A stretch of DNA of 60,626 nt, counting the filler, from Squatina squatina (lineage: Eukaryota): the NCBI GenBank assembly GCA_031763465.1. It is 4 parts of 4 records of this genome, joined end to end, with 100 filler letters (N's around TTAATTAATTAA, not from the genome) between each part and the next. Parts side by side here need not be neighbours in the genome. Positions count along the whole stretch, not along the records: positions 13,321 to 26,399 come from JARFOE010000038.1; positions 26,500 to 41,320 come from JARFOE010000230.1; 2 more parts are not named here. The stretch is one strand, 5' to 3'. Made by a program: the position numbers and the translations under genes. Below the pieces are notes generated by a model. The model saw only the letters and a program-made list of their open reading frames with translations. It ran no database searches and was not told where the DNA came from. The first letter of the stretch is position 1. Each line of letters begins with the position of its first letter. Of the stretch, positions 24,521 through 36,997 are shown one piece after another.

Positions 24521-25061
24521 GCTGACATCAGCTGCTAGCCAATATAAGCTTTTATTACTTTCTGAACTTTCGCGATGGCTCTTTCAATTTCAGTCAGTGT
24601 TTACTAACTTGCTCATGGAGCCATGGGCACAATGGTATCTAAGAATTGGATCTACAGTGTGTCGTGCATGACCGAGGATCAAGCAAGTAATCACAAATCT
24701 GTAAGTAGCTACAATCAATGTGGTGTTTTTTCTGTAATGACCTGTGAACACACCTTCATGGGAGAATTGATTTTCACTTGTGTTTGTTCAGCAAAGGCTA
24801 TTCACTAGGTCANNNNNNNNNNNNNNNNNNNNNNNNNNNNNNNNNNNNNNNNNNNNNNNNNNNNNNNNNNNNNNNNNNNNNNNNNNNNNNNNNNNNNNNN
24901 NNNNNNNNNNNNCTGCATCCACTCTATCAGAATTTTAAAGACGTCTGTGAGCCTCAATAACACCCTGGCTGGAGTGTTGAAGTGTTGTGCTCCAAACCCC
25001 ACAGGGTTATTATTTGTGATTTTCTCCCTCCTATGACAAATATACGATGATATAGTGAACA

Positions 25062-25285
25062 GAAGAAATTGGGGCAGGAGTCGACCATTCGGCCCCTCGA
25101 GCCTGCTCCACCATTCAGATTGTGGCTGATCTTCTACCTTGACTCCATCTTCCCGCACTATCCCCATATCCCTTAGATTTTTGGGCACTCAGAGAACCAT
25201 CAATCTCAACCCTGAATATACTCGACCACTAAGCACGCATAGCCCTCTGGGGTACAGAATTCCAAAGATTCACAACCCTCTGAGT
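25062..25285 (-). mobile_element. CR1 LINE 3' end
   Basis: gcaggagtcgaccattcggcccctcgagcctgctccaccattc...gaattccaaagattcacaaccctctgagtg. Confidence 0.85.
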
Positions 25286-25339
25286 GGTACCATATATGCT
25301 GTATATTAAACCACCCGCTTATTTGAGCCGACAGCTTAC

Positions 25340-25523
25340 CTGCTTCAAAGCTTGTGGAATCAGTGGGCAGGGTCTGTAGGGATCTACTGATATTCATTTT
25401 CATATCCCTGGTCAATAAACGCGGCGATGACCCAATCCAACTGGGCTCCTCCCAGCTTTGCTTCCCAGACCTCAAGTCCATCTTGCTGGGGCTACTTGGG
25501 GCACTGATTGCCCGGTCATACAT
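25340..25523 (-). CDS. MIEF1: MIEF1 (MiD51) coding exon 2
   Basis: tttcag|ATG...GCA G|gtaag; encodes MYDRAISAPSSPSKMDLRSGKQSWEEPSWIGSSPRLLTRDMKMNISRSLQTLPTDSTSFEA, matching MIEF1. Confidence 0.93.
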
Positions 25524-25717
25524 CTGAAAGATAAAGATGTAGATTCAACAAAAAAAAATACCAGTCATGAGGAGCTTGGAGCAACACATGTACTGTACCT
25601 CCAGTAGTTAAAGACATCAGCATATGGCAAGTAAGAAACATTCTCCCAGTTAAGCAATTTTAATAACTTGTCTGGTAGGAGATACCCTTAAATCGTTTTT
25701 CAGCCCCACAGAGATGA

Positions 25718-26150
25718 CAACACTTGCATTTACATAGCGCCTTTAACATAGTAAAATGTCCCAAGGTGTTTCACAGGAATATTATCAAACAGAAATTTGA
25801 CAAGACATAAGATTAGGACAATTGAGCAAAAGCTTGGTCAAAAAGGTAGATTTTAAGGAGTAGGTAGAGTGGCAGAAAGGTTTAGGGAGAGATTTCCAGA
25901 GCTTAGGGTCCAGACAGATGANNNNNNNNNNAAATGGTGGAGCAATGAAAATCGTGGATGCACGAGGCCTTAATTGGAGGATCGTAGAGCCGGAGGAGGT
26001 TACAGAGATAGGGAGGGGCGAGGCTATGGAGGGATTTGAAAACAAAGATGAGAATTTTAAAATCGAGGTGTTGTCGGACTGGTAGCACAGGGTGCTGGGT
26101 GAACAGGACTTGGTGCGAGTTAGGATACAGGCAGCAGAGTTTTGGAGAAG
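25718..26150 (-). mobile_element. L2 LINE 3' end in a MIEF1 intron
   Basis: LPVRQHLDFKILIFVFKSLHSLAPPYLCNLL motif; tail gtgaaacaccttgggacatttt...ggcgctatgtaaatgcaagtgttg on the minus strand. Confidence 0.8.
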
Positions 26151-26278
26151 TTAAGATTACATAGGCCAGTCTCCATAGTGGATCTTGTAAGCCTCGTTAG
26201 AGAAGGGAGGTGTAGAGATAGGAGGAGGAGGAGGAAGAAGCAGGACAGACAAGAGCAGCAAGAAAATGAGTACCCTAC

Positions 26279-26399
26279 CCTCTTAACAGCCAGCGTTGCA
26301 ATGCCCAACATAGCAGCTCCACCAACACCTAGCACCAGCCTGGCATTCGAGAGGACAAAATCAATGGCATTTCCAATCCCATTGTCCCCTTTCTTGTTT
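26279..26399 (-). CDS. MIEF1: MIEF1 coding exon 1 (transmembrane anchor), 5'-truncated by a gap
   Basis: NKKGDNGIGNAIDFVLSNARLVLGVGGAAMLGIATLAVKR|gtaggg; phase-0 join to 25523. Confidence 0.95.
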
Positions 26400-26499
26400 N
26401 NNNNNNNNNNNNNNNNNNNNNNNNNNNNNNNNNNNNNNNNNNNTTAATTAATTAANNNNNNNNNNNNNNNNNNNNNNNNNNNNNNNNNNNNNNNNNNNN
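26400..26499. other. Artificial scaffold spacer with TTAATTAATTAA
   Basis: 12-mer at 26444-26455 in the middle of an N run. Confidence 0.95.
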
Positions 26500-26608
26500 G
26501 CAGTAACGAGGTTGAGGTGAGTCGAGGAGTTCCAGACAGAAACAAACTCTGAGGGTGTCTGAGTAAAGGTTAAATGCTGAGCGTTTCTGCTTCGTTCTGT
26601 TTCTGCAG

Positions 26609-26821
26609 GCCTTGAAAATTCTCGACCTCCCTGCGATCAAAGCGCTGATCCATTTCAAGTGGAACAAGTATGGAAAGTATTATTTCCGAACCCTCGCCTT
26701 CATCTACTTCATTTACATCATCATATTCACCTCCTGCTGCATCTTTCGACCACTTATACCACGGCGTGACAATGTTACAGACCCCAGAGACACACAGATT
26801 TTGGAAGAGGCGCCATTAAAC
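26609..26821 (+). CDS. TRPV6: TRPV5/6-type epithelial Ca2+ channel exon (pre-S1, S1, S1-S2 loop)
   Basis: ctgcag|GCC...AAC|gttagt; 213 nt. ALKILDLPAIKALIHFKWNKYGKYYF...FTSCCIFRPLIPRRDNVTDPRDTQILEEAPLN aligns with TRPV6 [26 protein letters not shown]...CCIYRPLKPRTNNRTSPRD. Confidence 0.88.
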
Positions 26822-27311
26822 GTTAGTACCATAACCATGTGCCAATGGTGGAGTGCTACCAGCTACTATGGCTGTTTGGACCGGGGGAGTTCTGGATTTG
26901 CACTCCCAACAGGGAGCCTCACCCGTGGGACCACATATCAGCAATCAGGGCATGTGCTGCCTGCGATTTACATTCTTGAATAAACGAGGCTACCCGTTGG
27001 GACTGCCAACCCTGAAAATTACATGTTGAACGTCATATTTCTCAAGTGCTGTCTTTTCTCAAATGGAAATCAAATTAAAGGGACAGTGTGGTGCAGTTTG
27101 GGTGACCAATCTATCACTTCTGCCACCTGGGTTTGAAGGTCAGTAACTGCTTGTGAGTGAGGGTGAGTCAGTTGAGCTACCTCCACCCTGGAGTGGGCAT
27201 TCAGTGCAATGNNNNNNNNNNNNNNNNNNNNNNNNNNNNNNNNNNNNNNNNNNNNNNNNNNNNNNNNNNNNNNNNNNNNNNNNNNNNNNNNNNNNNNNNN
27301 NNNNNNNNNNN

Positions 27312-27788
27312 CTGGGTTGTTTTCCCCCTGCTAGCACTCTGTGTGCAACTGCTGTATCAGAGCTGCTATTTGGTGGGTGATGATTCTAACCTATGCAAGA
27401 AATCAGGTACATTTCTTCCAAAATATATTGTGCTGATCGTACCACATGAAAATATCCATCATCATTTTTACAACATTGGGTGGTTTTCCAAACCAAACAT
27501 AGACCAAAAAGAGATATTTCATTTCAAACCACTGCTCTATCACTTTATCATCATAAAAGCCTGTTGATGTTTGAAGGATCATGCATCTTACTGAGACTAA
27601 TAAAAACGGTCTCTATTTCAATGATAAAAGATTTGTTGAATCCACTCATTTTTATATCAGTGTTTTATGTTGTTGTCTTCATGACTAGAAAAATGACAAT
27701 TAATTTATCTTTGCTTACAGGGAATCTTGCCAGCATAATTGAAGATGCAAAAGATTCTCATGAGCAACTTGAACACAAAAGAGCCTGA
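27312..27788 (+). CDS. Possible last two exons (..27406 and 27721-27788) of an unidentified membrane protein
   Basis: WVVFPLLALCVQLLYQSCYLVGDDSNLCKKS G|gtacat ... ttacag|GG NLASIIEDAKDSHEQLEHKRA*. Phases match (1-1); AATAAA at 28053. Confidence 0.4.
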
Positions 27789-28369
27789 GGCCGGTTTCTG
27801 GCTGTGTAGTTCATTTACACGACAGCAATGCTATAGTAAAGCTATGTATCTTTACTTACTAAAACACCAAACTACTGTGTAAATGAGAAATATATATTAA
27901 GTTTACGTGTTCACTTGACTGCCATGCACTGTTATTCTCCATCCTGTAAAGCACTTTGAGAAGATTTTCTGTTTATGCAGAGTGCTATAGAAGTGTACAT
28001 TATTGCAGTTAACTCTTCATATACACTGGGTGTCCGTTAGTCAGTAAGTACCAATAAAAAGAACAATCACGCCTACTAATATGCTTCCTTTCCTCATATG
28101 TTCCATGGCCTTTCAGTTCATTGGATAGAAAATATCCACAGGAAAAGAGGATCCCGAAACTATATGCAAAAAGGAAAATATTCTGAAAAACATGGTGTGG
28201 GTTTACAAAATAACCCCATAATGTTTACTAAGTGATTGAAAATCTAGACGGATATTATTTGGGTGTTGCTCTTCTAGTTTGCTATGGCTAAATATTCTTC
28301 TGTTATTATTAGTAAGTTCCTGTACTGACAATGAAGATTCAAATAGACTAGAAAGTGGTAGAGATGAGG

Positions 28370-28735
28370 AAAGAACTTGTATAATGTCTTATCAAGTCCT
28401 CATGACATCTGAAAACATTACACATTTAATAAATGGCTTTTGATGGGTAATCACTGGTGTCAGGTAGGCAGCCAACTTGCACACAGTAAGGTCCCACAAA
28501 CCGCAATGTGGTAATGACCAGATAATCTGTTTTACTGGTGATGTTTGAGGGATAAATATTGGCCAGGACATGGGGGAGAACTCTACTGCTCTTCTCCGAA
28601 TAGTGCCGTGGGATCTTTTACGCCCACCTGAGAGGACGGATGGGACCTTGATTTAACGTCTCATCCAAAAGACTTCTCCTTTGACAGTGCAACACTCCCT
28701 CAGTACTGTACTGGAGTGTCAGCCTAGATTATGTG
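28370..28735 (-). mobile_element. Deu-domain SINE (SacSINE1-like)
   Basis: gagggataaatattggccaggac...gtgccgtgggatcttttacgcccacctgagagg...ctggagtgtcagcctagatt. Confidence 0.85.
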
Positions 28736-29019
28736 AGGAAAGGAGTTGTTAAGCTCTCGATCTCATGTTAATGTTTCATTGGACAACTGCCAGGAGGTGT
28801 AAGTTGGCACTCGGGCAGGGCATCTCCTTCTAACTTGTGCTTTTTATTCCCTCCTCCTGGGGTCAGCCTCTGCCCAATGCTTCTGTACCGGGTGCGGTTT
28901 ACATACAGTGGGAGCTGAGTGCACTGGGGATGTGATCCTGCATCACCCATTTCCAATCTAATACCGAGCATCACGGGTGTCCTAACAAATGGATCATCAT
29001 TCTTTCTTTGTCTCCACAG

Positions 29020-29490
29020 CTGCTCAAACACTCACATTTAATGTGAATTCAGCAAATCATTGTCTTCACTTCCGCAACGGGTATCAGACAGTGGTACATT
29101 CAACACCAAGAGCTTACCCCGATCACAAGGACAGATTTGATTTTCATCCACAAATCCTGTGTAGAGAGTATTGGGGGATGCGCAATTCGAAATATTACTG
29201 TGAAGTAGAATTGCACAAAAGTAGGAGCACTGACCATATTTGTGTGGGTATCACAAGCTCTGATATCCAAAGAAAAGTGAAGGACTCTTCCTGTGTCCTT
29301 GGTAGGAATATATTGTCGTGGTGTTTAGACTTGCACCTAACTGCACGCAATACTTTCTTGGTCTTTAATAATGGAGTAGAGTCCGAAATACCGAGTGTAA
29401 ACTACAACAGAATTGGAATGTACTTGGATAATTGCAACTTGTCATTTTACAGTGTGACAGATACGATGACCTTAATCCACACATTCACAG
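29020..29490 (+). CDS. TRIM-family PRY-SPRY (B30.2) terminal exon, TRIM16/25/finTRIM-like, possibly a pseudogene
   Basis: ccacag| acceptor; LTFNVNSANHCL...YPDHKDRFDFHPQILCRE...YYCEVE...VLGRNILSWCL...RIGMYLD..LSFYSVTDTMTLIHTF. The C-terminal strand is missing and the frame runs into a microsatellite (stop at 29588). Confidence 0.85.
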
Positions 29491-31870
29491 ATATAAATAC
29501 ACACTCACAGATACACACACACAGATGCACACACACAGAACCACACACACTCACACAGATACACACACAGTTACACACATATATATAAACACACACACAC
29601 ACCCACAGATACCCAAGCACACACACACAGTCACAGATACAGACGCAGATACACACACACCCACAGATACATAAACACACTCACAGATGCACACACACAC
29701 AGATACACACATATATACACATACACCTACAGATACACACACACAGATACACACACACAGATACACACACACTGACACAGATACACACACAAAGATTCAC
29801 ACTCACACACTCTCAGATACACACACTCACACAGATACACTGCAGATACACACACAGATACTCACTCACAGATACACACACAGATACACACACACACACT
29901 CACAGATGCACACGCAGATACACACACAGATACACACACATCCACAGTTACATAAACACACTCACAGATGCACACAAACAGATACATTCACAGATACACA
30001 CATATATACAAACACCCACAGATACACAGACACAGATACACACATACAGATATACACAACCAGATACACACACACAGATTCACTCACAGATACACACACA
30101 TACTCACAGATACACACACGCAGATACACAAACACAGTTACACACACACTCACACAGATACACACACAGATTCGCACTCACACACTCTCAAATACACACA
30201 CTCACACAGATACACTGCAGATACACACACAGATACACACACACTCACAGATACACACAGACACATGCACAGGTACACACAAACAGATATACACACAGAT
30301 TCACTCACAGATACACACACATACTCACAGATACACACACAGATACACAAACACAGTTACACACACACTCACACAGATACACACACTCACACAGATACAC
30401 TGCAGATACACACACAGATACTCACCCACAGATACACACACAGGTACACACACACAGATACACGCACACAGATACACACACAGATGCACTCATCGATAAA
30501 CACACACTCACAGATACACACACGCAGATACACACATGCACAGAGCTGCAGACACACACACACGCAAAGGTACATCCAAGACATAAACACAGATATACAT
30601 GCACTATTACACAGACAATCACACCGATGCACACACAGATACACACACAGAGATTCGCACTCACACACTCTCGGATACACACACACATTCACAGATACAC
30701 ACATGCTCACAGGTTCACACACACACAGATCTACACAGACAAACAGGTACACACACACAGATCCACACACACTCACACAGATACACACACACACTATTTC
30801 ACACTCACAGATACACATACACACTCACAGATACATACACACAGATACACACATGCACACAGAGACATGCACAGGTACACACAAGACATAAACACAGATA
30901 CACACGCACAGATACACTCACACAGATTTGTATTCACACACTCTCAGATACACACACACATTCACAGATACACACACACAGGTACACACACATACATAGC
31001 TACACACACTCACACAGATATACAGACAGATACACACATATTTAAAAACACACACCCACAGATACACAANNNNNNNNNNNNNNNNNNNNNNNNNNNNNNN
31101 NNNNNNNNNNNNNNNNNNNNNNNNNNNNNNNNNNNNNNNNNNNNNNNNNNNNNNNNNNNNNNNNNNNNNNNNNNNNNNNNNNNNNNNNNNNNNNNNNNNN
31201 NNNNNNNNNNNNNNNNNNNNNNNNNNNNNNNNNNNNNNNNCACAGATATGCACACACAGATACACACATACAGATATCCACAAACAGATACAAACAGACA
31301 GATTCACTCACAGATACACAAACACACTCACAGATACACATACGCAGATACACACACGCACACAGATACACACGCACTCACAAAGATACACACGCAGACA
31401 CATGCACAGGTACATACAAGACATACACACAAATACACATGCACAGATACACACTCACTCACACAGATACACACATATATACACACACACACACATATAC
31501 GCATACACACTCACAGATACACACGCAGATACACGCACAGATACACACACGGATTCACACACACAGATTCACACTCACACATTCTCAGATACACACTCAC
31601 AGACGCATTCACACAGATATACACACACGCAAATACACAGACACTCACAGATATGCACATACAGATACACACACACATTCACACAGATACACACACAGAT
31701 TCATATCCACACACTCACAGATCCACACACACACTCACAGGTACACACCCACAGATACACACACACACACACTCACAGATATACACGCAGATACACACAC
31801 ACCCACAGCTACATAAACACACTCACAGATGCACACAAACAATTACATACACAGATGCACCACACTCGCT
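29476..31870. repeat. Degenerate (CA)n/ACAGAT compound microsatellite
   Basis: About 2.4 kb of cacacacagata-type units with one internal gap; the source of the His/Thr and Cys/Val ORFs. Confidence 0.97.
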
Positions 31871-31892
31871 GATACACTTCCCTTTTTCTTGC

Positions 31893-32603
31893 AGAAGGTA
31901 GCACATAACTGATAACCAGCAGCAACTAACAGGCAGGAGGCAAGCATGGTTGCCAAACCTGACCCAGTGTTGGATATCATTGGAAGGGTCATCACAGAGG
32001 GTATGGCGATTAGCAAGGCTGAAAGCATTGATGATGACAGGGTGCTCATACCAACTGTCCTTCCCACATTCCAGTTCCCCCTAATCCCACAATTTCTTCT
32101 CACTTACAAGCTGCTGATGGTGTAAGCGCACACATCTTGCTCCCCCAGCCCCTCACCACAACCCTACCCTTGTGCCTTTCTCCTTTCAGAAACCCAAGAA
32201 TTCCAACCAGCACATCCTGTGCAGGAAGAACAACAGGAGGCTAGTGATAGAGAAGAAGAGATACCATCACTCAATCTGACACTTGTAGGCACCAGCTCAG
32301 AAAATAGCACTGTGCGTAATTTAGAGGGTAGTATAGAGGCGGGTACAGAGCTGCATTAGGTGAGTCACTGGGCATGAGTGGCCTGCAGCCAACACAAGGA
32401 GGAAAGGGTAGCTCAGGTGCCAGCTCCCCAGAGGGTGAGGTCGCACACTGGTTCTGCTGCAGAGGAGTCAGATGAGGACTTTGATGATATGGCCTTCAGA
32501 AGAAGGGTGATGGACATACATAATGAAATGCTTGGTGCAATGGCTGGCCTGTCAAGGAGCATGGAGGAGTCTGGCTCCAATCTTGCAGAGGGCTCTGCAC
32601 AGA
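31893..32603 (+). mobile_element. Decayed Harbinger Myb/SANT-like gene (spliced C-terminal part)
   Basis: cag|..KVAHN*..QQLTG.. then an acidic region and SAAEESDEDFD..AFRRRVMDIHNEMLGA; similar architecture to 47001-47769; contains stops and frameshifts. Confidence 0.55.
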
Positions 32604-32703
32604 NNNNNNNNNNNNNNNNNNNNNNNNNNNNNNNNNNNNNNNNNNNNNNNNNNNNNNNNNNNNNNNNNNNNNNNNNNNNNNNNNNNNNNNNNNNNNNNNN
32701 NNN

Positions 32704-35700
32704 ACACTCACTGTCCACACTCACTGCCCTGACCCACTGCCAAACTCCCTGCCGACACTCAATGCCCACACTCGCTGCCCACACTCACTGCCCACATTAA
32801 CTGCCCACATTAACTGCCCACACTCACTGCCCACACTCACTGCCCACACTCACTGCCCACACTCGCGGCTCACACTCGCTGCTCACACTCGCTGCCCTCA
32901 CCCACTGCCCACACTCACTGTCCACACTCACTGCCCTGACCCACTGCCAAACTCCCTGCCGACACTCAATGCCCACACTCGCTGCCCTCACTCACTGCCA
33001 AACTCCCTGCCCACACTGACTACCCACACTCACTGCCCACACTCACTGCCTTCACTCGCTGCCCACATTCACTGCCCACATTCACTGCCCACACTCACTG
33101 CCCACACCCGCTGCCCACACTCTCTGCCCACACTCACTGCCCACACTCACTGCCCACACTCACTGCCCGCACTCACTGCCCGCACTCACTGCGCTCACTT
33201 GCCGCCCACATTTGCTGCCCACATTAACTGCCCACACTCACTGCCCACACTCACTGCCCACAGTCGCTACCCACACTCGCTGCCAACACTCGCAGCCCAC
33301 ACTCGCTGCCCACATCCACTGCCACACTCACTGCCCGCACTCACTGCCCACACTCTCTGCCCTCACTCACTGCTCACTGCCCACACTCACTGCCCACACT
33401 CGCTACATTCACTCATTGCATACACCCGCTGCCCACACTCACTGCCCACACTCACTGCCCACACTCACTGCCCACGCTCGCTGCCCTCACCCACTGCCCA
33501 CACTCACTGCCCACACTCACTGCCCTGAACCACTGCCAAATTCCCTGCCCACACTCAATGCCCACACTCGCTGCCCTCACCAACGCCAAACTCGCTGCCC
33601 ACACTCACTGCCCACACTCACTGCCCTCACTCATTGCCCTCACCCACCGCCAAACTCCCCGCCCACACTCACTGCCCACACTCACTGCCCTCACCAACGC
33701 CAAACTCCCTGCCCACACTCGCTGCACCCACTCACTGCCCACACTCACGACAACACTTGCTGCCCACACTCACTGCCCACGCCCAGTGCCCACACTCACT
33801 GCCCTCACTCACTGCCCACACTCACTGCCTGCATTCGCTGCCCTCATTCACTGATCACACTCACGACACCTGCACTCACTGCCCGCTTTCGCTGCCCTCA
33901 CTCACTGCCCTCATTCACTGCCCTCACTCACTGCCCACACTCACTGCACACACTCACTGCCTGCACTCACTGCCCTCACTTGATGCCCACACTCGCTGCC
34001 CACATTCACTGCACACACTCACTGCCAACACCCGCTGCCCACACTCACTGCCCTCACCCACTGGCCTCACTCACTGCCCGCACTCACTGCCCACACTCAC
34101 TGCCCTCACTCACTGCCTGCACTCACTGCCCACACTCACTGACCACAGTCGCTGACCAAACTCACTGCCCACATTCGCTGCACAAACTCACTGCCCACAC
34201 TCGCTGCTCACACTCGCTGCCCTCACCCGCTGCCCACACTCACTGCCCACACTCGCTGCACTAACCCACTGCCAAACTCCCTGCCCACACTCACTGCCCA
34301 CACTCACAGCCCTCATTCACTGCCCTCACCGACTGCCAAACTCCCTGCCCACACTCACTGCCCACACTCACTGCCCTCACTTGCTGCCCACACTCACTGC
34401 CTGAACTCACTGTCCACACTCGCTGCACCCACTCACTGCCCACACTCACGACAACACTTGCTGCCCACACTCACTGCCCACGCCCATTGCCCACACTCAC
34501 TGCCTGCACTCACTGCCTGCACTCGCTGCCCTCATTCACTGATCACACTTGCCACCTGCACTCACTGCCCGCTCTCGCTGCCCTCACTCACTGCCCTCAT
34601 TCACTGCCCACACTCACTGCCCACACTCACTGCCAACACCCGCTGCCCACACTCACTGCCAACACTCACTGCCCTCACTCACTGCCTGCACTCACTGCCC
34701 TCACTCGCTGCCCACACTCGCTGCCCACATTCACTGCCCACACTCACTGCCAACACCCGCTGCCCACACTCACTGCCCACACTCGCTGCCCTCACTCACT
34801 GCCCACACTCACTGCCCACATTCGCTGCACAAACTCACTGCCCACATTCACTGCCCACACTCACTGCCCTCACCGACTGCTAAACTCCCTGCCCACACTC
34901 ACTGCCCACACTTGTTGCCCTCACTCACTGCCCTCACCCACCGCCAAATGCGCTGCCCACACTCACTGCCCACACTCGCTGACTGAACTCACTGCCCACA
35001 CTCACTGACCACACTCGCTGACAGAACTCACTGCCAACACTCGCTGCCCACACTCCCTGCCCACACACACTGCCCACACACGTTGCCCTCACTCACTGCC
35101 CTCACCCACCGCCAAACGCGCTGTCCTCACCCACTGCCCACACTCCCTGCCCACACTCACTGCCCACACTCACTGCCCACACTCGCTGCCCTCACCCACT
35201 GCCAAACTCCCTGCCCACACTCACTGCCCACACTCACTGCCCACACTCGCTGCCCACACCCACTGCCAAACTCCCTGCCCACACTCACTGCCCACACTCA
35301 CTACCCACACTCGCTGCCCTTTCTCACTGCCCACACTCACTGCCCTCACTCACTGCCCTCACCCACCGCAAAACTCGCTGCCCTCACCTGCTTCCCACAC
35401 TCACTGACTGCACTCACTGCCCTCACCCACTGCCACTTTCGCAGCTGACACTCGGTGCCCACATTTGCTGCCCACATCCACTGCCACACTCACTGCCCAC
35501 AATCACTGCCCACACCCGCAATCCTCACTCTCTGCCCTCACTCACTGCCCACTCTCACTGCCCTCATTTGCTGCCCACACTCACTGCCCACACTCACTGA
35601 CCACAGTTGCTGACCAAACTCACTGCCCACATTCGCTGCACAAACTCACTGCCCACACTCACTGCCCACACTCACAGCCCTCATTCACTGCCCTCACCCA

Positions 35701-35850
35701 CCGCCAAACCCGCTGCCCACACTCGCTGCCCACACTCACTGCCCTCACCGACTGCTAAACTCCCTGCCCACACTCACTGCCCACACTCACTGCCCTCACC
35801 GACTGCTAAACTCCCTGCCCACACTCACTGCCCACACTTGTTGCCCTCAC
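32704..35850. repeat. 13-bp minisatellite (CACTCACTGCCCA)n
   Basis: About 3.1 kb tandem array with variant units (CACTCGCTGCCCA, CACTCACTGCCCT, AACTCCCTGCCCA), bounded by gaps on both sides. Confidence 0.97.
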
Positions 35851-35950
35851 NNNNNNNNNNNNNNNNNNNNNNNNNNNNNNNNNNNNNNNNNNNNNNNNNN
35901 NNNNNNNNNNNNNNNNNNNNNNNNNNNNNNNNNNNNNNNNNNNNNNNNNN

Positions 35951-36025
35951 CAGAAAACCATCCCGTATACACTCCAGGAATTCCTCCTCCACAGTATTGT
36001 TACTAATTTGGTTAGCCCAATCTAT
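35951..36025 (-). mobile_element. CR1 endonuclease-domain fragment
   Basis: IDWANQISNNTVEEEFLECIRDGFL. Confidence 0.8.
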
Positions 36026-36347
36026 GTTGTTTAGAATAAATTTAGATTTGTGTCCCCCCATCACATTGAAATGCTGATTTTCTTGACAGAAACATTTCTT
36101 CCATGTGTTGGAATCCTCAACAATGAGGTGATTGTAATAAGACTAGATTGTTTTTTTTTGGGTTTTTTTTAAAAAAAATACATAAAATGTCTTGATGTAC
36201 TATTCTTGCTAAATTGTCAGAAGGTTTTGAACAATGACATGCCTTTCAGCTAAACTCGGAAATAATATTTTTTATTCAATCCAAGAAACCAATTTTTGAA
36301 TTAAGCATGTCCAGAAAAAGGAGGGGGAAATTAATTTAAAGACTCAC

Positions 36348-36395
36348 CATCACTACAGTTAGTTCCCAACCACCCAGCATCACAAAGACATCCAC
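36348..36395 (-). CDS. 48-nt exon encoding the C-terminal half of an EGF-like repeat
   Basis: gtcatgcag|GT GGA TGT CTT TGT GAT GCT GGG TGG TTG GGA ACT AAC TGT AGT GAT G|gtgagt; (G)GCLCDAGWLGTNCSD fits CxCxxGWxGxxC; phase 1-1. Confidence 0.75.
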
Positions 36396-36785
36396 CTGCA
36401 TGACAAACAGCAGAACTCATTTGTGGCAGGATTAAATAAATTAAATAAAATTAACTATTAACAGTTGGAATATACTAAAATACATTTAGAAAAATTGTGT
36501 ATATATGCCAATTTAAGTGGCAGCATGCAGTATTTCTAACAATTGTATTTACATATAATAGATAAGTTGATATACATACAATTATGATGAAAGTATAACT
36601 TTTTGAAAGAAGTTCCTATCCCACATATCATGAAGTCATGGAAATGAATGGAGGAAGAGAAAAATCACACAGTGACACTGTCCCTTCAAGAATTTTGTGC
36701 GCTTTTTGGTTAAGTAATGAAGACCTATACTCCACAAGGAGTAGTCAGGATGTTGATGAATCTTTTCCCACTTTAGCCTACTGTG

Positions 36786-36897
36786 AATTTACAAAAGGGA
36801 AATCATGCTTGACAAATTTACTGGAATTTTTTGAGGACGTAACTAGTAGAGTGGATAAGGGAGAACCAGTGGATGTGGTGTATTTGGACTTTCAGAA
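36786..36897 (+). mobile_element. CR1 RT fragment
   Basis: FTKGKSCLTNLLEFFEDVTSRVDKGEPVDVVYLDFQ. Confidence 0.9.
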
Positions 36898-36997
36898 NNN
36901 NNNNNNNNNNNNNNNNNNNNNNNNNNNNNNNNNNNNNNNNNNNNNNNNNNNNNNNNNNNNNNNNNNNNNNNNNNNNNNNNNNNNNNNNNNNNNNNNN

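Noticed and set aside
29432-31901. Long His/Thr-rich and Cys/Val-rich ORFs
   Set aside because: Translations of a CA microsatellite that lacks stop codons.
32704-35850. CRISPR-like array or repetitive HTHCPHSLPTLTA proteins
   Set aside because: Head-to-tail 13-mers with no unique spacers and no cas genes in a eukaryotic context; the ORFs are repeat artefacts.
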